Both the position numbers and the translations under genes were made by a program. A stretch of 20,000 nucleotides of DNA from Rhizaria sp. SCN 62-66. Lineage: Eukaryota. The stretch spans positions 56,801 to 76,800 of the forward strand of contig MEDY01000106.1 in assembly GCA_001724265.1 (NCBI GenBank), written 5' to 3'. Shown piece after piece: positions 9,501 through 17,550 of this stretch (positions are counted from its first letter, which is position 1; every line of letters starts with the position of its first letter). The notes below the pieces were generated by a model, which was not told the origin of the DNA, searched no databases, and was given only the letters and a program-made list of their open reading frames with translations.

Positions 9501-11940
9501 TGGCGGCCACCGGGGCTGGCGGTGACCACAGAGTCATCGTTGTCATCAAACTCACTGTCGCTGCCGCTGTTGCCATCCTTGTCGCTCGTGTCAAAGAGGC
9601 CCATCGGCGGCGGCGGCGGCGGCACTGAGCCACTCTTGGCCTCAGTCTCAGAGTCAGAGTCAAAGAGGCCTGCGGGCGCCGGCGGCGGCCCCCCCTCAGC
9701 CGCAGCCGCAGTCGCGATATCGGTGTCAGCGACGGACTCTGCGTCGGCGTCGGCGTCCGAGTCGTCAAACAGACCGGCGGGCGCGGTGGGGATGGGGACG
9801 AGGGCGAACTCCCCCGCCTCTTTACTATGGAGCGACAGCACCGCCGCGGCGTCGCCGTCAACAGCCCCGGCACCGACGACTGTGACACCAGATCCAACGC
9901 CAGTGTTGTTGTTGTTGTTGTTGCTGCCGGTGCCAGTAGCATCACCAGAGCCAGAGCCAGAGCCGGAATCGAGGCCAGTATTGTTGTTACTGTTGTCATT
10001 GCTGTTGTTGATGTAGTTGCCGCCTTCAGAGATTGTGATATGCGAGATGACAGACGAGGAAGCACTGACACCGCGGGGACGGCCCTTAGACCGCGACTTG
10101 GAGCCCTTAGATTTGGAACCGGTCTTCTTGCCGTCGGGCAAGTTAGCGGTACTTACATCGAAGACGTCGTCCTCTTCTTCTTCACCGTCGCCGTCCGAGC
10201 CACTTACATCGCCCTCAGCACCCTTAGACCGGGACTTCGACTTCGTCTTGTTGTTGTTACTGCCCTGATGAGGCATGGCCGCTGCCGCTGTCGTATTATT
10301 GGCCCAGTCAAAGTCGCTGCCGCTGTAGTAACTGCTGTCATTACCACTGTTGCTGTTGTTCAGGTACTCAGAGTCCGAGCCAGAGTCAGAATCGGGGCCA
10401 GAAAGCGGTTCCGAAAAATCGCCAAAATCATTATCGTCGGCGTACCAGCCATCCCAGGCCTCGGCGCCGGAAGTTTGGCCGCTTGCTCCAGAGTGGGGGT
10501 GGACTGAGAACAGATCAAACAAGCTATTGCTGCCGCTGCCGTTGGAGTTGGTGCCGTGGGCGGCATTGTTCGCAATGTCGGCGGCGGCCTTGGCCCGGGC
10601 CCGCATTTGGTAGCTATTCGCACCGCCACCGCCGCCGCTACTACTGTTGTTGTTGTTGTTGTTACTGTTGTTGTTGTTGTGGCTGTTATTGAGCGTCTCG
10701 AGCAGTTGGAAGAGCTGCTCGCGAACGGCCGGCGGGGTCGTGGCGGGCAGCGACAGAATCGTCTGGAAGACCTGCTCGCTTGCGACAATGCTCGCGTTGC
10801 TGTTGTTGCCATTGCCATTACCGCGGTTGCTCGAGTTTGCGTTCGTGTTCGCGGTGTTAGAAGTTTGGCCGCTGCCATGTTGTTGCTGGTAAGTGAAGCC
10901 GCCAATTATAGACGCCAACGCAGAGTCTAGTGAGTCCTCGCCTGCTCCGGTGTAAGCGCCACTTAGTTGCCCCATGTAAGTACCCTGGGCGTTGCCGCCT
11001 CCGCCGACGCCGCCGTTGTTGCTGTAAGTGTTGTTGTTGTAGCCGGTGAGCCAGAGTAATGGGTCACTTAGATCCTGTTGGTGCAGCGCCTGCGCGGCGT
11101 TGCCGTGTCCGTCTAAGTAGTACTCTTTACTGAGACCGAGGATGTTGCTCACACCTGAAGCAGCGTTCGTCTTACCGTTGGGACCATTCCCATTAGCGTT
11201 GCAGCCATGACCGTTATAGTTTGTGTTGCTGTTGTTGATAAGACGGTGTGCGTGGGCGGTCACAGCCTTGAGCGCCAGCAGCAACGGAGCGGCAGCAGCA
11301 GCACTCGCACTAGAGGTCGCAGCGTTGGTATTCCCGCCCACATCGCCAATGCCATTGTCGTTGCCACGGATAGCGTTCGCGGTGCTCGAGCCAGCATGCG
11401 TCAGCGCAGCCAGCCCCTGCCCCTGCGCCTGCATTGTCTGCAGCGGCGGCGGCGGCCGCGCCAACACCACAGTCATCAGCAGCGCGACGCCTCGCGTGAG
11501 GGCCCCCGCAACAACGAACACGGCCTGCAGCCGCGCGCTGACGCGTTTGTGCCGCGACCACAGGCGGTCCGCCCGGTCGCTCGCTGCGGATACGGCTGCC
11601 ACGGCAGCGGTCAGCCGCGCCTGCGCCTGCTGCAGCGCCGCCGCAGAGGGAGCCGCGGCGGCCGCGGCGGCAGCGGCGGCGCGCGCGGCGGCGACGTTGG
11701 CCTGTGCGTGAGACACCGCCGCGCTCTGAAGGATGTAAGTGGGCGCGGCGTCTAAGGGGGCGCCCAGCGCCAGAGGGTCTCGGGGGTTTGGCGCTAAGGG
11801 GGGTGCGGTGCTGACCTTGACGGCGAACACGTCGCGCTTGTCGTCGTAGCTCACGTCTAAGTCCTCCTTGGCCAGGGTACTTCCACTCGGGTAAGAACCA
11901 GCGGCAACGCCACTACCGCTAGAGCCACCGTTCGCACCTA

Positions 11941-11974
<34 letters not shown>

Positions 11975-14841
11975 GAGGTTGTTGGCGGCGGTCACGGCCG
12001 CGGACGGTGACAGCCCTCCCGTCGCGGCCGCCGCGGCCGCCGCGGCCGCCATCTCGATCGCCAGCACGGCCGCTGCCTCGAGCTTGGCGGCCTGTGCGCC
12101 GGCCTCGGCGGCCACGGCGGCTGAGGCCTCGGCCTCGGCCTCCGTGAGGGCCTTGGCCTCTGCGTCGGCCTCGGCGCGCGCCAGCAGCATCGTGTTCAGC
12201 GTCGCCAGGGGCTCGGTGAGGCGCTTTTGACCGGCGAGGAGCGCGGTGCAGGCCTTGGCGACGGAGTTGAGGTCTGAGTGAAGAAGCAATTACAGTGTGT
12301 AAGAGTGTAAGAGTGACAATGAACAGTGAGAAAAGTGGATGAATAAGACAGTTGTGAGTGCAAAAGAATTAATATTAATAGAAAATAAATAATTTGCAAA
12401 TGAGAGACAAGTTCGGGATTTCATAGGATTACATCGATTTGTGATAGTTTGCGTTGTGTTGCTGTTGTTAGCTAAGTACCTTCAGTCCACGAGTCCAGTT
12501 GCCGCAGCAGTGACAGCGCCAGTTGAGACAGGGCCTGGCGGGCGTCGTCGCACACAGCGTCAGCAACGTCAGTATTCGCATTCGCATTCGCACTCGTGAC
12601 CGCGTTCGAGCTGTTGTCGCTTCCCACAGCGACTATAGTGCCACCGGCGGCGCCATTGGCATCAGCAACAACGACAGCGTTGGTGTTAGTGCTGTGTGAG
12701 GGAGTACTGAGAGCGTCTAAGGGGGCGCTTACACCGGGCTTGATGGGCGACATCGAGCAGAGCTGAGTGAAAGAGATATCATTCTCATTAGTCGCAGTCC
12801 CAGCAGCAGCCACAGTGTTGTTGCAATCGTTAGCAGTTGTCTCAGGCTCGGGCTCAGCATTAGCGTTGTTGTTGTTGTTGTTGCTGTTGTTGTTTTCGAG
12901 AGCGAAAGTCGTAAAGGACACATCAGCCTCAGGCAAAACAGGCAAACCGTCAGCCGCGGCCGCGTTTGCACTTAGATTAGCATCAGTACTAGCAGTGCTG
13001 TTGTTAGTGACTGTGGGACGGCGCCGGCGGCTTAACTTGTTGGTGTCGCCCTCGACAGGGCCTAACTTCAGAACACTGTCACTCGCACTCTCATTAACAG
13101 CGGCGGCAGCGTTAGAGGTGTTTTCAGTCGAAGCAGGTAAGCTCGAGTTGCTGCTGCTGTTGGTGTTAGCGTTGGAAAGAGACGGAGGGAACGACAGGGC
13201 ACTGCTGTCAGAAGTTAGGCCGCCGTCGGAAGTCAAGCCGCCCTTGCCAACGGCACTCGCACTGACACTTAGACTCGCTGAGCTGGAGCTGACATCGCTA
13301 GAGGTCGTAACAACACCAGCAGTCGCAGTCTCCTTATCACTTGCGGTCCTCGCGGCATTAGCGTTGTTGCTGTTGTTGTTGTTGTTGTGATTGTTGATGC
13401 CAAGGTTGTCTGTCAAGAGCGGCGCCAATGCGAGTGTGAGCGCTTTGTCAAGGCTATCATGCACGGCTGAGAAGCGCGCGATCGCCTCCTCGGCGGTACT
13501 TAGACTGACTATGGGGGCAATTACACCGTCTAAGTACTGTCCATCGTTCGTAGCAGCAGCAGTAGTCGTTGTGGTGGTTGTGGTGGTTGTTGTTGTCGTG
13601 GTCGTTGTGGTAGTTGTCAACGAATTGTTGCTGTTGTTGTTACTGTTCGCATTAGCTTTAGTGTTGCTGCTGCTGTTGTTGTTGCGGAGAGGGGAGAAAG
13701 CCGAGGGCATTGACCGTGCCGCCTTAAGCTGGGCCTGCGTCTTGCTCCAGATCGATAAGCCGCCGTCGTCGGAAGCTAAGCCGCCATCCGCGTCGGCCAC
13801 ATCATCGAAGTTGTGACTGCTGCTGTCGCCAGAGTGAAACTCCGCGTCAGAGCCTGTGCTTGCGTCGGAGCCGTCGTCCTCCGTCGTCGTCTCGGTCGAC
13901 AGCAGAAACGCTTCGCCGGCCTCTGCCAGCGCGGTGCCCATGGTGGGCACGTCGACGAGAACGCCAGCGTAGGCCCTCAGCTGGCGCTTGAGGGAGGCGA
14001 GGGAGCGCAGCCAGAGGGCGATCTGTGCGCACAAACAGAGAATTGACGAGGTATATGCACGAGTGAGAATTGTCTTTATATCTACTATACATAATTAGTT
14101 AATCCATATTTTACCGAACATTTGCACAGATTGGAGTGCATATCGTACCTTCTCGAGCCGTTTGAGCGCGTCCTCGTCCTCGGTCGGCACGGGCGCGACA
14201 CCGGGACTCTGAGGCTGCTGCTGCTGCTGTTGCCGGTTGGCAAAGCCCGCGGTAGACTTGGTGTTGCTGCTGCGGGGGTGGCGACGGGGACTGCGAAAGC
14301 CCTTGGTAGGCGTCACAAATCCCCCCTGCTGCTGCAACTGCTGCTGCTGGTTGTTGTTGTTGACGTCGGCGTCGTTAGGGTTAGCTTTGTTTTTGTTGAG
14401 GTGGGAACGAATGCGCTCGGCTTTCCGCGAGGCCGCCGCCCGCAGGCGCTGGAACACCTTGGGCAGCGACGGGCCCCTGAGGCCGGTGCTGCCGGTGTTG
14501 CCAGGGCCGTTGAGGGTGTCAGAGCCAAAGCCTCCGTAGCTGTTGTTGTTGCGCGCAAAGCCACTTCCATTCTGCTGCTGCTGCTGCTGTTGCTGTTGCT
14601 GTGAGGAGTAGGACACATTGCGGGACCGCTGCAGACTAGCGAGCGATGCGTTGTGCTGATCACAGGCATTCGCATTGTTGTTGTTGCTGTTGTTGTTGGA
14701 GAAGAGAGAGCCCTGGCGACTGCGGCCGCTGTTGCTGACAACTGACGAGTTGGATTTGCCGCCGCCGCTATTGTTGTTGTTGCCGACAGAGGCGGCAGAA
14801 TCCGTGACTGCGCGGATTAGCGAGGAGATAAACGAGCTCAT
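6599..14841 (-). CDS. Large formin (short FH1 + FH2) with probable N-terminal BAR domain, ~2636 aa; exons 14149-14841, 12480-14022, 6599-12273
   Basis: Three ORFs join in phase through introns 14023-14148 (GTACGA..CAG; LEK|IALW) and 12274-12479 (GTACTT..CAG; TE-D-LNS), totalling 7911 nt. FH2 motifs: VRRVFW, TTVW, LEGLF, VTLLDSRRAHAISITLR, LRIGNSMNEGTKKGRALGFSVDLLPRLSTIRT, FFAIFANFAAEL. Poly-Pro stretches lie upstream of the FH2. Confidence 0.88.
6820..8880 (-). other. FH2 domain-coding region, interrupted by long low-complexity inserts
   Basis: The lasso Trp residues (RRVFW, TTVW), the conserved actin-binding Ile (AISITL) and the GNxMN post motif are all recognisable in order. Confidence 0.85.
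8364..8478. repeat. 25-bp direct repeat (8364-8388, 8454-8478) encoding AHSNEAGA twice
   Basis: gcccccgcctcgttactatgggcgg occurs twice, 90 bp apart. A 19/20 match also lies at 9811-9830. Confidence 0.85.
9121..9136 (-). repeat. Dispersed 16-bp element (copy 2, inside formin CDS)
   Basis: CTAAGGGGGTACTTAC on the + strand, encoding VSTPL. Confidence 0.85.
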
Positions 14842-15414
14842 GCTACGGGCGTGCGCTCACGGGCACGGGAGAGGCACTGCAGTGAGTGGGGAGCTCCGGA
14901 GAGCGTGCAGAGAGGGGAAGAGTCGCACTCGATGGGGGGATGACGAGGGTGCGAGAAGCGAGCGAAAGAACGGCTTTGGGGAGAATAAAAACAAACGAAG
15001 TGAGAATGATAATAAAGCCATTAGGCTGTCAAAACACTATATATTTATGATATAACAGTAATATTTACAATGACGGTGACTGTATCTCCGTGAAGACATT
15101 TTTCGTTAGGCCGATTTTAAAAATTTGTTGCCCCGCAAATTCCGCCCGTTGAGCTTTGGCTCCCAGTCACAATAGTTGGAAGTCAAGAAAACACGCAACA
15201 TTCTCGGCGATGCCTGCGTATTATTGCAATTAAACAGATGTGTTGTATTTAAAAACTCTTCTAAACGTACTTAAATAACTTTTTGTTTGAGATAATAGCA
15301 ATATATCGCTCAAATCTTAGTTCGCGCAATCAGCATACGAAAGCGTGGCTTGCGTCTGAAGAACAAAACGGTTGTTTAAGCTTACAACTCACTTATTCGC
15401 ACTAAGACAGCGAC

Positions 15415-17517
15415 TTACTGGTCGGTGGTGCCCTTCGCGCCCCACGCCAGCGTCACCTCATTCGCCACACTCTGCTCCAAACCAACCTGCCTGACCGGCA
15501 GCAGCACCCGTTGACTCGCCAAGCAGCGACGCTTAACTTGCTGCTGTTGTTGTTCGATATTGTTATCAACCGTGGCACTAACATCATCATCAGCAGCAGC
15601 AGTCGCGGTGGCGCTTTCCTCGCCATTAGCCTGCGCTTGTTTGTCGTAGATCTCTCTCGCCTGACCGCAGATGTCGTCCTGGTACTGTAAGTATCCCCTG
15701 CGGAGGGACGTAAGTGCCGCCGCCTCGGCCGCCGCGGTCGTCGCGCCCTGTTGCCGCAGCAGCGTCAGGAATGCCACGTCAGCAAAGATGACTGCGGGGG
15801 GGACGAACCATGTGCCCGCCACACTCACATTACCACCTGTCGCAGAAGCATTTTCACTGCAATCACTCGTAGCAGCGGCGGCGTGCGCAGCCTTCTCGGC
15901 CCGCCGGAGCGGCTCCAGCGCCCACGCTGGCGCCGCCTGCCGCAGCTCCCTGCCCACCACAAACACGGCCTGCGCGGCGCCAGGGCCCGTCGCCGCGTCC
16001 GCTGCGGCCGCCGCGGGGACCAGGGCGAGGCGTGCGAAAAGGCGGTAGCAGAGGTAGATGAGGGAGACGTGGCACGGGAGGGCGACGGAGAAGGCAAAGG
16101 AGCTGAGGAACATGCCGCCCTGGCGGAGGGTACTTAGAGCCGAGATGAGGGTACTTAAAGCGATGCGTGCGTCGGCCTCCACCCAAGAGGGGTACTTAGC
16201 CACGACTAAGGGGGTCTCTTGCTGTTGCTGCTGCTTCTGCTGCTGAGAGTACTGGTTGAGCCAAGAATGCGCCATATTTGTCTCGGCATCAGGGGACAGT
16301 AGCGTATCAAGCACCGACAACACACCTCCACAGCGGGCGAGAAGCAGCGCACCGGCTAAGCGGCGCGGCGCGGCCTGACTTTCGTCCACGACCACTAAGG
16401 GGGTACTTACATCGGCGCCGCTAATGTTAGACTCACCTGAGTTGCTGCTGTTGCCGTCCTCTAAGGGGGTACTTAGCGTGGGTAAGGGTGGCAGATGGCT
16501 AAGTGCCGCCGTGACCAGTGCCGGAGTCGGCGTCGGCAGCAGCAGTAAGCTAGGCCGCGAGTAAGCACTGCTCGGAATCGCCAACACATCGCCGATTGCG
16601 CTATTACTACTGCTAGTATTCGTTGTTGCATTATCAGTCAAATTAGTGGTGTTGCTATTAGCGTTCGCGGTGGCTTGACGGATCTTTTCGCACTCGGCGA
16701 CGGTGTAGACAACACTGTTTGCGCCGCCGAGGGGCCCTGCGCCTGCGGTCGCGACGGCGAGGACCACGTCGACGTCATTGGGGCGGAAGGCCTTGGTCGA
16801 CTCGGCGCTGACCAGCGGCGCAAAGGGGGGGAAGTCCCACTTACACGCCCCTCCGCTTCCACTTACATTGCCAGCAACAGAGGCAGACGCAGACGCAGCC
16901 GCAGATGCCCCAGTTCCAGCAGCAGCAGCAGCAACAGCAGTGTTGTTGTTGTTGCTGAGATCTGTGAGAGTGATGTTCTTCATTTGACCGAGACGCGTGG
17001 TTGTTGCCATGCGTTCTAGGCGCCACACGGGGAGTGGAATGGTGCTTAGACGGGACATCCACGACGGAGCACTTACACTTACACTCTTGCTTGTGCTGGT
17101 GCTGCTGTTGTTGCTGCTGTTGTTGTTGTTGTTGTTAGTGATGTAAGGGGCACTGAGTGCGACGCCCCTTACAATCGCGCGCTTTTGCCCCTTGAGCCTC
17201 TGATGGATGATGTACTCGAGTGCGCCGCCCGTATACCCTCCGAACCTATTTACAGTGATCTGCGGGGAGGAAGACGATGATGACGGGGGGGTACTTACAC
17301 CGCCGCTGCCGTGTAAGGGGGGAGTGACCGTGAGCAGCTGCCTGGGCGCCGGCGTGATATCGATGACCGTGAGGAACATGTCACGGTCTCGCTGACTCAT
17401 GTCCACGCAGGGACGGAAGATCGGCACGCCGCCGTCGAAGGAGGTACTTAGACCAGCTCCAGCAGAAGAAGTGGGTAAGGGTGCGAACTCCCACTTCGTC
17501 ACATCATCAGCAGTTGC

Positions 17518-17550
<33 letters not shown>

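Noticed and set aside
12472..14841. ORFs 14095-14841 and 12472-14034 as separate genes
   Set aside because: Phase-compatible GT-AG introns join them to the formin ORF, and the BAR-like helix runs across the first junction.
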